Assembly: GCA_900617105.1 (NCBI GenBank) | Contig: UYFQ01000010.1 | Span: 1-64,000 of the forward strand | Source: Hydrurus foetidus | Lineage: Eukaryota | DNA: 64,000 nucleotides | Direction: 5' to 3' | In this document: in pieces, positions 29,873-41,999 of the stretch | How the letters are laid out: each line of letters starts with the position of its first letter | Numbering within the stretch: position 1 is the stretch's first letter | Notes under the pieces: generated by a model | Database searches by the model: none | The model's input: the letters and a program-made list of their open reading frames with translations, nothing else | Told to the model about the DNA's origin: nothing | Position numbers and translations under genes: made by a program

Positions 29873-30520
29873 TTTGTATTCTCAGGGTTAGGTGTTGGAT
29901 GAAATCTTCGAGGTCTAAATCCTCGACGGGGCGGATAAACCCAATGGTCTCGGCGTACTCTTCAGCGTCGGCGCAGAGTTGCTCCGCTTCGCTGATGGCC
30001 GACTCAATGGATGTCCAGAATTCACGCCATAACGTCGCTGGCGACCCAGCGACGGACGAGAGGGCGAATAGCGTAATCTGCCCTCCCGAAAATGTGGCGT
30101 AGCCAAGCGTGAGCACAACGTTGCCCGCGCTAATCCGAAACCCAGCTACATGGTGCGTGGGCTTCTGGTTCTCCCAGGGAAACTGGTTTTTGCTGAGGAT
30201 GACTGTCAAGGTCTCCCCCTACTGACTTTTCCAGCCGGCCCGAGGCTCATCCTCGGTAGCGGCCGGCCTCCGGTGTTGATTCCCCTCGCGAGGACTCCTA
30301 CGCCAAGCATCGCCAGCTCTTCGCGGGTCAGGTGCTCAGCTGTTGTCATGTCGAGGCCGTGGATGGAAACCACGTAACCTTCGACTACGCCCGGGGACTG
30401 CCGCGTGACATTCACGATAGCCCCATCTACACGCACTCCGCCACTGTGGGGGTGGTGTGGGTCAGTGATACTCCAGTGGTCTTGGCGCCACTCAAATTTC
30501 AACTTCTGATTCGGTTTCAA
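29859..30520 (-). CDS. Two coupled hypothetical genes (29859-30209, 30206-30520)
   Basis: Overlapping stop/start tiling. Confidence 0.5.
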
Positions 30521-30560
30521 GGGGTTGTTCTCGGTTCAGGCAGGTCACCCCGCCCTTGGG

Positions 30561-31601
30561 TTATTCGTTATGGGCGGTGACTGCGTGAACTTCGGGCGGG
30601 CCTGTAGGGTCAGATACGACCAGGTACAACTTGTGGTCATGCACAAACGTGCACACCTCGTGGGTCTCTGCGAGGATGTGCGCCACAGCGCAGAGGTAAT
30701 CGTCGTCATAGAGCTTCTCGGCAGCGTCGAGCTGACCAAGGGCATCTGCCACCTGCGTTGGGCTCAGGTTGGTATCCCCGTCCCGCAGGGCTTTACGCTG
30801 GGTTTCGATGGAGTGGATGGTGGGCTTGAGGTCCACCAGGCGGAAGTCCTCACTCGTGGCGTCGATCCAATCGGGGTCGTAGCAGGGCAACTTGAGGATG
30901 TCGTTGTCGGGGGCGTTCTCGTGCTGGTCCTGCAGGTGGCCACCACAGTAGTCCCAATACCAGTCGCCCGCACAGACCGTGCCCACCGAGGTCAGGTCCA
31001 TGGCATCGTAGTACCCACCCTGGTCGACCTTCAGGACCTTTGGCGAGGCATACCCACCTCGCACGTCGCAACCACCGTGCACGTTGATGATCAGGTGGGT
31101 GGGCTCGTAACACTCGTCGCCCATGTACAGCTTGGTGAACTGGAGGGTTTGGCTGAGGTCGACGTTGTCGGGGTCGTTGTAGGTGTTGACCACGTTGGGC
31201 TTTTCCCCACAGCGGCCCTCAGCGTGCAGGTGCTCAGCAAACTCCTCGCTCAGGCCCAGCCAGGTGCTCTCAGGGTTCTCGGCGGTGTACTGGTCAAGCT
31301 CCGTCTGAAGCTCAGCGTCAAACTCGAAGTTGTTGACCAGCCAGTGGTAGAGGCTGACGGTGGCGTCCATGTGGGCCTCACCCGCCCCAGCCTGACCAGA
31401 GGGGCGCCAGACGCTCCAACGCACACTGACCTCGGACTCAGCGGCCAGGTCTCGGCCATGGTTGCGGGACCAGTGGCGGCCGTAGTGATCACCGCTGTCG
31501 CAGATACCGCGGCCGGTGTTCTCGGTCAGCATCTCCTTCACGATGTCGGCAGTGGTGACGCCCTCATCCGAGCGTGTTTCGGTAGCAATTTCAGTTTCCA
31601 T
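30561..31601 (-). CDS. Acidic hypothetical phage protein
   Basis: Start re-called after the hairpin-RBS motif; MLTENTGRGICDSG..YGRHW; Asp/Glu-rich. Confidence 0.7.
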   Translation of the reverse strand: METEIATETRSDEGVTTADIVKEMLTENTGRGICDSGDHYGRHWSRNHGRDLAAESEVSVRWSVWRPSGQAGAGEAHMDATVSLYHWLVNNFEFDAELQTELDQYTAENPESTWLGLSEEFAEHLHAEGRCGEKPNVVNTYNDPDNVDLSQTLQFTKLYMGDECYEPTHLIINVHGGCDVRGGYASPKVLKVDQGGYYDAMDLTSVGTVCAGDWYWDYCGGHLQDQHENAPDNDILKLPCYDPDWIDATSEDFRLVDLKPTIHSIETQRKALRDGDTNLSPTQVADALGQLDAAEKLYDDDYLCAVAHILAETHEVCTFVHDHKLYLVVSDPTGPPEVHAVTAHNE

Positions 31602-31675
31602 AAGGACTCCAAAGGTTTGGGCAATGCGCCCGGGGTTTTGGGAATCCACGCTATGCGTGGGTTCCCGGTGTCTTG

Positions 31676-32146
31676 TCAACTACAGATGTAGTAATCCTGC
31701 CCGTCGAACTCAATCTCGACGTAGTCGACCTTCAGGTTGTCGGCCGTTGCCGCCCAGTCGATGACCAGGTAGTCTGGGAGGGGACTGGGGATGGCCCCAA
31801 TGTCTTCGCACAGTTCGCGGCAGTAGTCCTCGAAGTGGCTCTCGCGGATCAGGGTGGCGCCATGTGCCCAGTCGCCATAGTCTTCAGCCTCGGCCTGGAG
31901 TGCAAGTAGGTGCTTGAGTTCCTCAGCGTTGTCCTCGTTCCAGTCGGCCAATGCGTCGTGGGCATCAGTGACCTCGGTAGCGGCAGAGGCAGCGGCAGCG
32001 GCGTTGTCGGGGTCGACATCCAGGCTATCCGCAGTGACCTGCTCCAGGGTGTCCTCCAGGTCCTGCAGCTCGCCCTGCAGCTCGTCAATGCGCTTGATGA
32101 CATCGCGGCTGTCAATGGTGTCATCCATGTTGGAAATTTCAGACAT
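31676..32146 (-). CDS. Highly acidic ArdA-like anti-restriction (DNA mimic) candidate
   Basis: Extreme D/E content; DYCRELCEDIGAIP..L.DY..IDWAATADNLKVDY resembles the ArdA C-terminus. Confidence 0.55.
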   Translation of the reverse strand: MSEISNMDDTIDSRDVIKRIDELQGELQDLEDTLEQVTADSLDVDPDNAAAAASAATEVTDAHDALADWNEDNAEELKHLLALQAEAEDYGDWAHGATLIRESHFEDYCRELCEDIGAIPSPLPDYLVIDWAATADNLKVDYVEIEFDGQDYYICS

Positions 32147-33032
32147 TTTTGGTCTCCGAAGGTTGCCTCAATTCGAGGTCTGGGTAAAAGATTCGGGCGT
32201 GGGCTTGGAAGCCCTGCCAGCGCGCCTCAATGAGGCGGTCACGGTAGTGGTAGTCAAGTGCGGTGCCGGAGCCTGGGCTCAGGTATCCGTACATGGCGTC
32301 GTGCCAACGCTCGAACTTCTCGCGGAAGTTCAGCTCGTGGAAGGGCTTGCTATGCTGGGGCATACGGGACAATCGTGTAACCCACATTGACCAGCTCTAG
32401 GGCAACGCTCGATGGCCCGCAGTCGCGCCAGTCAAGGTCAAGTTCGTCAAGTATTCGGCCCGCCTCGTGTACCCGGTCGGCCCTCAGCGCGTCAGCCTCA
32501 TTGCCGTGCTCGCTGTCGTCCTCAGCGATCCACACCTCTCTCACTTCTTTGCGCATAGTGCCTCCACTTCTTCGTGGTTCAGGGGTGTCCAAATCGTCTC
32601 GTGCGGGTAAGACGTGCCGGGGCCGCCCGCGATGGTGTTGAGGTGGGTGTCGTCGATGCCGGGGTAGTCGTCCAGGTCGAGCACTTGGACGCTCACATCG
32701 GGACAATCGGAGCGAACGTCCTGCACGACACCGCCCCTTACGATCACCAGGATGTGTCGGTCAATCAGCATGGGTCACCTCCAGCGCGGGAATCCAAACC
32801 CACGCGCTAACCCACACCCCCTCGTCGCCGCGTGAGACCAGGGCAGGGGAGTCGATGTCTACATCGTCGTTGGCGTAATCGACGATGGCGCGGTTCAACT
32901 CGTCTTCGGTAGCGACGTTGTCGATGTCCAGCACAAATTTCTCAAGCGCCCTGTAGGCCTGCGATACCTGGGTAGCGGTGCCGGTTTTGGTGATCTTCAC
33001 CAGGTACTTGGCAAGCCTCAGCAGATCCGTGC

Positions 33033-34196
33033 TCATGCGTGCACCTCGGCCTTCACATTGGCCACTGCTGGCCCAAGGTACTCGCTGCGCAGAGTTTCCA
33101 TGGCGTAGTCGCTGCCCACAAAGCCCCAGCAGGCGTCGTTGTCCCCAATCTCGACCCACTCGTCATCACTGTCGGCCTGCAGCTCGAAGGTCTGCACCAC
33201 GCAGCCATAAACGTTGCCGTTGATGATGTCGTTGTACTGGGCCAGGAACTGGCGTGCGTAGATCTCGGCCTGGTTGGCGCGGGCCCAGGCAATCTGCTTG
33301 GGAGTGGCGGCAGGTCGTTGTGAGCACAGCAGGTTGGCCTTGTTATGCAGGTCGCTGCAATCGGCGGACAGCTCAAGGGAGACCAGCTCAGCATGCACAG
33401 GGCCGGCCTCGCTCCACTTGATCTCAACGAGCTGGTATTTGCTGTTTGTGCCATGCAGCACCTGCGAAGGGGTGCGCACAAACGCCCATGGGTTAACGCT
33501 CTGCAGCAGTTCACGCAGCGTGTCATCTGGCACCCAGACGCCGGCGCCACTGGACGTGTCCCAGCGGCAGTCCATGCCCCCGCCTGCAATGCTCCACATG
33601 GAACCACCGTGCTCGTACACGTCGCAGAGCACTGCGTCAACGTCACCGGGGAAATACTCCGGCTCAGCGAACATCTGCTCAAGCACGGTCTGCATCTCCG
33701 ACTCGTAGATCACATTGCTCCAGCTGTGCGTTGAGTTGGCTTCGTCTTTCAGCTGCATCGGAGCCAGCTCGGAAGCCGGGCGCTCCGAGTCTCCCTCGCA
33801 CTCAGAGCCGCTGGCCTGAAAGCGCGCCACGATGTCTTCCCCGGAGTGGACGGACAGCACCTTCGCAATGTACCGGGGCAGCACCGCAACGAAGTGCTTA
33901 TCGAAGATGTCCACCAGCTTGGCCTCACCATAGCGATCCATGCCGAGTGCTTCAAGCGCCTCAGCTTCCTTGCCTGCGTAACGGCTGCGGCGGTCGAACA
34001 GCTGCCCCATTCCATCGCCCAGCATGTCTTCGATGTCGCGGTTGTCGTCATCGTGCACCAGGTACGCCACCACCAGCTTGTCGCCGACCCGCTCATGCAG
34101 GACGTAGTCGTCATAGGCTGGTTGAAAGTCCACTTGCACCTCGCCGTGGGGTGTGGAGACGAAGTGCGTGTGTCGCGTCGAAAGTTTGTAGGTCAT
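33033..34196 (-). CDS. Hypothetical phage protein (387 aa)
   Basis: Start after hairpin-RBS motif; YEHGG and CWGFVG motifs. Confidence 0.7.
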   Translation of the reverse strand: MTYKLSTRHTHFVSTPHGEVQVDFQPAYDDYVLHERVGDKLVVAYLVHDDDNRDIEDMLGDGMGQLFDRRSRYAGKEAEALEALGMDRYGEAKLVDIFDKHFVAVLPRYIAKVLSVHSGEDIVARFQASGSECEGDSERPASELAPMQLKDEANSTHSWSNVIYESEMQTVLEQMFAEPEYFPGDVDAVLCDVYEHGGSMWSIAGGGMDCRWDTSSGAGVWVPDDTLRELLQSVNPWAFVRTPSQVLHGTNSKYQLVEIKWSEAGPVHAELVSLELSADCSDLHNKANLLCSQRPAATPKQIAWARANQAEIYARQFLAQYNDIINGNVYGCVVQTFELQADSDDEWVEIGDNDACWGFVGSDYAMETLRSEYLGPAVANVKAEVHA

Positions 34197-34231
34197 AGGG
34201 ACTCCAAAATTGTGGGCAATGCGCCCGGGGT

Positions 34232-34543
34232 TCACGCAGAGTGGCGTGGAGAAAAGCAGTTCAGCAGCTCGCCGGTGTGGCGGTCCAGGTGCTCACGAAT
34301 ACCGTCGATGTCGTGGTACAGGTCGTCATCGGAAGCAGCAAGTAGCGCGGCAAGGTTTAGTGGGTTGCCGTTTGCGTGGCATGCAGTGATGTCCAGCTCA
34401 ACTTCGAGCATCACGCAGCCACGGTTCAGGGTGTCGGTCCATGCGTAGCGCTTGAGGTAGCGGTCGACGATTTTGTCGATCAGGCGGGCGTCGGAGGTCT
34501 CGACGATCAGGGTGATGCGTCGGCGTCGGGTAGTTGTGGTCAT
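34232..34543 (-). CDS. Conserved phage protein (DUF6874-like)
   Basis: DITACHANGNPL...HDIDGIREHLDRHTGELLNCFSPR pattern, recalled. Confidence 0.6.
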   Translation of the reverse strand: MTTTTRRRRITLIVETSDARLIDKIVDRYLKRYAWTDTLNRGCVMLEVELDITACHANGNPLNLAALLAASDDDLYHDIDGIREHLDRHTGELLNCFSPRHSA

Positions 34544-37500
34544 GCAAACTCCAGAATGAAACCGCACTCAGTCATGTTGCAGGCGAAGAAGCCCCCGCCC
34601 TCGACCTTGAAGCAGTGGTAGACGTAGTCCCCATCGCGGTTGACACGCAGGGGCTCACCACCCAGGAACGCGCCCTTGGCCCTACGCTGGGGTGGAACCA
34701 CGCCCAGCTGGTCGTAGAACATGGCCCCAGTAGTCGGTGTCCACTCGTCCGGGTCTGCATCCAGCGCGGCCCACAGGGCGTCCCATTCCAGCGGGGCGCT
34801 CATGCTGGCACCGCCTCGGAGCGGTACGCGCAGATTAAATTCCAGAAGGCGCAGCACAGCTGCGCGGAGTGGGTGCTGTCGGCCTTCAGCAGGGCCTCGC
34901 CCAGGGCTCGTGCGAAGCCCCCGCCCCGGGCCTCCATGGCGGTGATAGCCTCCATGTACTCATTGTGGGAGAGGGAAGTAATGGCACGCTTGTGCACCGT
35001 CACCGCAGGTGTGCCGATGACGACGGCATCGCCGTGCAGGCGCAGGCCATTTAGGTTGTAGCTGACCACCACGTCAGGTGGGGTCAGCTCGTCGTCGAAC
35101 TCGACGAGCATGGAAATGTGGGCTGTTTTTCGCATATGAACTCCAAAGGTTGCCCCAATGCAGGGCGGGTTAAGTTACTCGGCAAGCAGCCAGTCGGCAG
35201 GCACGCCGTAGGCCTCGTAGTCGCCGGGGTTTCCAAGGTCTCCAGCGCCAGGTACGCAGGGGCTGCAGCGAGCGCACTTGACAATCACAGGTGACTCGAA
35301 GACGAAGAAGTGCAGGGCACCGCCAAGCCAGCTGGACTCGTACTTGACCCCGTACAGCTCCCCGGCGTACTGGCACTCGTCCTGGTGCACGTAGTTGAGC
35401 TCGAAGTCGCACTCAGCCCGGGCCTCGTCGAACTCGTCGTCGGTGCCTCCGCTGTCGAAGTCAGCTCGCGCCTGCTCCATGTGCTCCTTGCTCGCGGACT
35501 CGTAAGTCAGGTTTGTTCCGTGGCGGTAGAGCATGTCGTCCACCAAGTCGGGGTCCAGCTGTTGGGCGTGGATGTAGCCGTAGGCGATGCCGGTGTCGGG
35601 GTTGTGGTTAGGTAGCATGTGCATCGAGCTGCTCCTCAGGTTGTGGTGAGACTTGGGCGCCGCCGGGCAACAGCGCCAGCACCACGGCCGCTTCAGGTTT
35701 TTCAAACTGGGCCTGTACTTGGTTGATGCCGTCAACGTGTGTCTCACCCTCGACCGGGGCGAACTGCCAGCGGGTGAGTTGGCCCTCGTAGCGGGCGAAG
35801 ATTGGAATTTCAGGGCTCATAGATCAGCTCCAGGGTTTGCGCAGCAAGGCTCCAGGCCCTGGTAATCAGCGCAGATACAAAAGGGTCTTGGATGTCGATG
35901 TCTTCATCCTCAGTGTCTGTGAAGACCTTGCTGAGGGCCTGCAGCATCACCTCGTTGGCGTCGGTGTAGTCGTGCAGGTGCGAGATGCCTTTCTCAGCTG
36001 TCGCCTGCTTGAGAACGCTCAGCTCCAGCTCGGCCGACTCAAGGGTGTGGGCCAGGCCTGCGAGGAAGCGCCCAGTCAACTCCACGGCCGCGTGGTGGTG
36101 CATGTGGGCACGGGCTTTGACGTATTCGAGCCTCATGTCGTGGCTCCTTGGGCCGCCAGCTCACGCAGGTGATCACGCAGCCAGCGCCGCGCGGAGTCGT
36201 AGCTGGGGTGGGCGTGGAACTTGCCCACGGTCTCGATGTCGAAGCTGGTCAGGTCCTGGACACGCACGCTGAAGGCCTGCTGTCCCGAGGGGTTGGTCTC
36301 GCGGGTCACGAAGAAGTTGCCAAACTCCGTGAGGACGCCAGTGCCCGGCAGCACGGTGCCGAAGAAGGCCATGGTGGTGTGATCAAACCAGTGACGGTGT
36401 TCGCCTGGGTTGTACAGGCGCCGGATCTCCGCCATGGAAATCGAGGGGTAGTTGAGCATAGTGGGACTCCAAAATTGCGCCAATGCGGCGCGGGTTAAAA
36501 AGTTGTGTGGGACGGGCTGAGGCGCTTACGCACCAGCAGTGAACAGGTCGTGCTGACGACCCCTGGTCGGCACGTGGGTGACAGGGCGGTCGAACGCAAG
36601 GCCACAGGACGCGACGAAGCGCGCATCGTCGAATGCGACGTTGAGTCGGAGGTGGGGCAGAAGGTTGTTGACGACCCGAGATACCGCTGCACGGTTGTCA
36701 GGTGTGTTGGCCTCTTTGAGGGCCGTGGCCAGAGCCACATAATCCTTCTTGGACATGCTCATGTTGAACTCCAAAATCTGCGCCAATACAGCGCGGTTAA
36801 AAGTGGGGGCGCACCCGGGTCAGGGGTGCGCCTCCGGTTTCTCACTTGCAAAGGTTACCGGGTGAGATCCGGCTTCAGGCCTAGTCGAGCGTCAAACTTT
36901 CGTCGGCGGGTCTCGATTTCGGGTCAGGGGTGGGGTAGGACCTGTGCACCGTCCACCTCCCGACTTTCGTATGCCCCGCCTATGAAGTCTTTGCAGCCCA
37001 GGCTGGTAGTGGCGCCCAATGCGTCCAAAACCCCGGCTTGCCCGTCAGCGACCCATACTGGGCCACGTTTGCGTTTTCGTTGATCAGCTGTATCTTTACG
37101 CCCACCGGCGTGGCCTCGTCGATGGGCAGCCAGGTCTGCGCCGGAGAGAAGCACGCAGTGCCTTTCGAGTTGAGGGTTGGCTGAATTGGCTGAGGCACAT
37201 TGGCAGGCTCCAGGTTGTTGAGCGCCTCCACAAGGTCGTCGGCCAGCCACTCGTTGTGGGCGTCGACCAACCAGGTGGCAGGACCTTCACCGCCCTCTCG
37301 CCAGTACACCGCCCAATTGTTGGCATCTTTGGGAAGGCACTCTTCAATGTTGCCGTCGCCTGTGTCTCGGACCGGCCAGGTTTGGTAGATGCGGGTCATT
37401 GCGTAATCCTCGATTCGGACTTGAACACGGCATTGATGAAGATGCCCTCGCCATTGGCCTCGTCGTGGGCCAGCTTGTCGTCGGAGGCTTGCTCGATCTC

Positions 37501-37982
37501 CTGCATCTCGGCGCGGAACGCGGCCGCGGCCTCGTCGTAGGTCATGCGTGATTTGCTGGTCCACCAGCCGTCTTCATCCCAGCCGCGGTAGCGGCCGGTG
37601 ATGGCGTAGTACATGTGGGCTTCAGGCATGCGGCACTCCCTGTGACAGGAAGGTGGCGAACACCTTGGCGAGCTCGTCAGGGAATGCCCCAGGCTGCCCC
37701 ACGTGGTGGCCGGGGTTGCGGGCGATCCAGGCGCCCATCTCCTCAGTCACTTCGTAGAGAAACACGCTGGGGTAGCCCTCGTCGGGGTCGTAGTGGGCGG
37801 CGTCGAACTGGGCCATGATGACGGCGAATGCCGCGCAGTTCTCGGCGAGATTCAGGTGCCCTTGGAAATTGTCGAGCAGGCCGTCGTTCTGGCGGCACTC
37901 AGCTTCAGCTCCAATCATCAGGTACATGGCCTGCATGGTGACATCGTGGGCTGGCGGTGGCGTTGTCGGGTTGAGGTCCATC

Positions 37983-38351
37983 TCAATACTCCGTTGTAAG
38001 GATCATGGCGAAGCGCTCGCCCTCGTTGGCGATGTAGAACAGCCAGGTGCCATCAGGCGCATCGGTCAGGTCGATGTGGCGCTCCCACGCTGGGGGCACA
38101 TCGTCCTGGATCTCCAGCTTGAGGTCCCCTCGGCCGCCCAGCACCTTGAAGGTGAGGATGCCAAGGTCCCCCTGGGGGATCACCTGGGGCAGCTCGGTGG
38201 CGGCGATGTCGATCAGCCAATACAGGCCGGCCTCGGCGCAATCCCGCACGCCGTCGCTGTATTGAAAGCTGCGAGCGAGGGAGTGCCTGACGAAGAGGTT
38301 GGCACCGTTGCGGCCTTCGTTATAGGCCTTGAGAAATGCTGCTGTATCCAT
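37983..38351 (-). CDS. Conserved phage protein (DUF6876-like)
   Basis: YSDGV...YWLID...TDAP...ILTTEY pattern, recalled. Confidence 0.6.
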   Translation of the reverse strand: MDTAAFLKAYNEGRNGANLFVRHSLARSFQYSDGVRDCAEAGLYWLIDIAATELPQVIPQGDLGILTFKVLGGRGDLKLEIQDDVPPAWERHIDLTDAPDGTWLFYIANEGERFAMILTTEY

Positions 38352-41133
38352 GTGTGAACTCCAAAAGTTGCCCCAGTGCGGGGCGGGTTAAAAACTATCA
38401 AACCACCTTCATGCTGTGTTGCGTGAGGACTTGCTTGTCCAGGTAGGCGGCCCAGTCCCACTGGCCGTCGATGAATTGGTCCAGCTCCTGAAGGACGCGG
38501 ATGACGTGGTTGCTACCGATGTTTCCACCGCGCAGGTCGTCCACATACTTCACCTTTGCCCCAGGGTGCGAGGCGCAGATCATCAAGTTCACCGAACCCA
38601 TAGCAGCTTCGACGTAGACGTGATGGCGACGCAGGTTCAACTGCGACACTTCGGCACGCAGGACCTTCAGGTACTTCTCGGAGGCCTTGCGGCGCGCCAA
38701 TTCGATCTGGTCCTCAAGCCAGTCAGAAATCGTGACGATGGCTGGACTGCTCTCGGTGAGGTTGTGCGAGCGAGACTGGCTATGGCTCATCTCGCTGTAG
38801 TGGTGCGTGGTCACTGGACCTCGGCCGTCTTCATGACGTTGTCGGGGTGCCGCGCCGGTGAAGTTTTCAGAGGTGTATTTCACTCGGCATCTCCCTTCAA
38901 GCGTCGAACGATTTCCTCGTGGGTGAGGCCTTTGAGGAGGTCTTCGATCTCTGCCTGCTCCACCCGGTTGCGCTCCTCCGCCTCGGCGTCTTTGCGCTCC
39001 TTCTCCTTGCGCCACAGCTTCAGGGCCTCCATACCCTTATCTGTTTTGCCAGCGTCTACTGAGATGTAGAGGGTCACCTCGCGGCCCTGTCGATCAACGA
39101 ACACCGGTGTGCCACTGGTCTTCACAGTCACTGTGAAGTGGTTGTTCACGAGTCGGTTGGCAGTCTCCATATCGAGCGAGCCGCCGAATGATCCACCGAC
39201 GATCTTCTTGGAGTTGTCGGCGTAAAGCCGGGTGTGGTACCCGATGTCTTTGTGGGCGCTGAAGTGACTCACGGTTGGTATCCTTTCAGCCACGTCGGGC
39301 CAAGTTCGTTGCGGATCTGGCGGAGCAGGGCGCCGTCAGTCTCTTTCTCGTCACGTCCCGAGATCCAGGCCACGCGCAGGAGGTTCTTCCAGTAGCGCCC
39401 GTGGCGGGCGGCGAAGGCCTCGATGGCGCGCTTCTGGTCGGCAGTCAACATGGCCGCTGCGCGCTGAGCCAGTGGCACCTTGTTGGTGTTGGTCAGACCG
39501 TGCTCGGCAAAGTATGTAAAGTTGCCGTTGGTCATGTCGTCGGGCAGGCACCGCATCAGCAGGTAACCCGTGTCGTTCTTCTTCGAGAAGAAGTGGGCAC
39601 CGCCCTCGTCGTAGGCCCAGGTGAAGCCGTTGGCCGTGTGATTTTGGTAAGGGGACTTCACAGCGCGCGCCCCAGAGCCTCAAGGTCGAACCACTGCCCG
39701 TTGTCGGTCAGCACCGTGTAGCCGTAGTCGCCGCCGTAGCAGTAGCGGCGCTCGTGGGTACTCCACCAGAAGGTGTCAACGCGCTCGATGCCGCCAGCAA
39801 GTTTCGTAATCATGTTGTTGGCCAGCTGGGCAAGCTCGGCACCGTGGGCCTCGTCTACTGGCTTCTCCAGCTCGATCCAGACGCGGTACAGCTTTTCGGT
39901 TTTCTTCTTGGGCATATGAGTCCTCACTTGACTGCGACGAATCCGCCGCTGGTTTGCTAAAGCGCCACGCATGGCGCATCGACGTAGCTACCCTTGGGGC
40001 TCACCAGTCGACCGTAGGAGACGAAAGTGCCTCCGTAAGGGGCGACGGCCATCACGCTCAAAACGCGCTGCAGGTAGCCGTCATAGGAGACGTGGGTGCG
40101 CACGTCAGGTCCCTCTGTTTGGGAGACGCTTGATGCGCTCCAGCCAGAAGTAGTTTTCTGGGTTGCTCAGGTCCCGCAGGCACAGGTAGGTCACGCCGTG
40201 CATGCTCCACACTACGAATTGATCCATCATTTACAGCTCCTCGCGGCAGGTGCCACAGTGGGTGAAGTGGGTTGCGGCTTCGTCGATGTCGTGAACGGGG
40301 TGAATGCGGTTGCCTTCGCGGTCAGTGGCCCGCTCTGGAATTCCGTGGGCATCGTCTTCGCCCATCCATTTGATTCCCCCGAATCTTCTGGAGGTGCACG
40401 GGACGCAGTGCACATCCGCCTCGTAGGTGTAGGCGATGACTCTCACACCGGCACCAGCACTTCAGCGACCCAGGGGCGGGCCTGCAGCTCGACAGTTTCG
40501 ATGCGGCACTCACGGCGCGCGGCGAGGGCGCTGGCCAGACGCTCTGCCTCCGGCTTCCACGGCTCGCCCACTTCGCTCACGTGGTTGAACATGAAGGTCA
40601 TGTCCTGCGTGGCCTGGTAGGCGTAGTGCAGGGCGTTATGGCCTTCGATCACCCGGGTATAGACCCTGACTTCATATTTGCGCATGGAACATCTCCTTGG
40701 CCTTGTCGAGGGCCGCTATCATGGGTTCAGGGTCGTTGTTGCCGGAGTAGGCCACCCACGGGCTCAGGATCTCACCTGGAGCCCTGTTGTCGCATGGGTA
40801 GCCTCCACGAGATATGGCCAGAGGGCATTCCCGACACGCTTCGCTGGAGTCCCAGGGCTTGTTGTCGTAGTGCAGCTTGCACAGCGCACAGCTGCTCGCA
40901 GATACCTCGATGGGTAGAACCCGGTACTGCACGATTTGATCCTGGATCGTAGGATCGACGCGATGCTCAATGCGGTTGGCTTTACGCAAGCCAATCCACT
41001 TTCGCAGGGAATGCGCAATCGCATCCTGAGGGGCCACGCGCCGAGCGGGCGTCGGGTAGAACTCCGCTAACCAGGTTTCTTGTGACATTAGGTAGGACTC
41101 CAAAATTTGACCCAATACAGGTCGGGGTTTGCC

Positions 41134-41565
41134 TCAATTCAAGGCGGGTTTCTCAAGTAGCCAGAGCCTTCGAGCGTTGTCTTCGGCCTTGGTCTTGAAT
41201 TTGTATCCGGTGTCGCGGCGTATGCACTGCAGCATGTTGAGGTCGCCGGTCTTCACTAGCGCAGAACCACCAACAGCCATGCCACCCAGCAGCTCAAGGA
41301 GTTCCTTGCGACGCGGGGAGTGCGCTACGCCTGCGCCTATGTCCAGCGCGGCCTTGAAGGCGCTCAGGTGGTACTTGTAGGGTCGCTGTCGGAACACCGG
41401 TTGAATCCGGTGCACAGTGATCAGGCTGCGCACCTGGCCCTGCTTTATGCCCAGCGCGTCGGTGACCTCGTCGAAAGTCAGGCAGGGCTCTCGCCCGGCC
41501 AGCGGTCGGCGCTCGAAGTCCCACTTCTTCGTGAAGACGTGGCCATGATTTACGATTCCAGTCAT
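41134..41565 (-). CDS. Putative HTH DNA-binding protein
   Basis: LTFDEVTDALGIKQGQVRSL; ATGA-coupled start. Confidence 0.55.
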   Translation of the reverse strand: MTGIVNHGHVFTKKWDFERRPLAGREPCLTFDEVTDALGIKQGQVRSLITVHRIQPVFRQRPYKYHLSAFKAALDIGAGVAHSPRRKELLELLGGMAVGGSALVKTGDLNMLQCIRRDTGYKFKTKAEDNARRLWLLEKPALN

Positions 41566-41999
41566 TCCAAGTAGCTCCCCACGACCGCGCCATCGTCCTC
41601 GAAGCGGTAGACGAATCCACTCCACATCGACTCGGACAGGAGTCGGTGCCAGCGGGACAGCACGCTACCGGCCTTGGTGCACACGGCCCAGCCCATGGGC
41701 AGGGAAGTCTGGTTGCCCACCTGGATGACCTGTGTATCAAGGGTGTCGTGGGTCTGGCCCTTGTACTTCACGAAGCGCGGGGTGCAGTCGTCCTTCGCGT
41801 AGTCGAAGTCCTTCTGGTCCCGAGCACTCAGCTCGGGGTAGCAGAGTATGGGGCGGACACGGTTGTTGGTGACGACTTTCACTGCGGACACTCCCGCAGC
41901 GCGCCGCCACTGACGTTGTCAGGGTGCATGTTGAACTCCAAAATTTGCGGCAATACACCGCTACAAAATCTATAGCTGCATCAGCAGCGTTGTCGGGGG

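Noticed and set aside
7779..31691. Long plus-strand ORFs (7779-8951, 11705-12802, 30525-31691 and others)
   Set aside because: Antisense shadows of GC-rich genes whose motifs are clearly on the minus strand.
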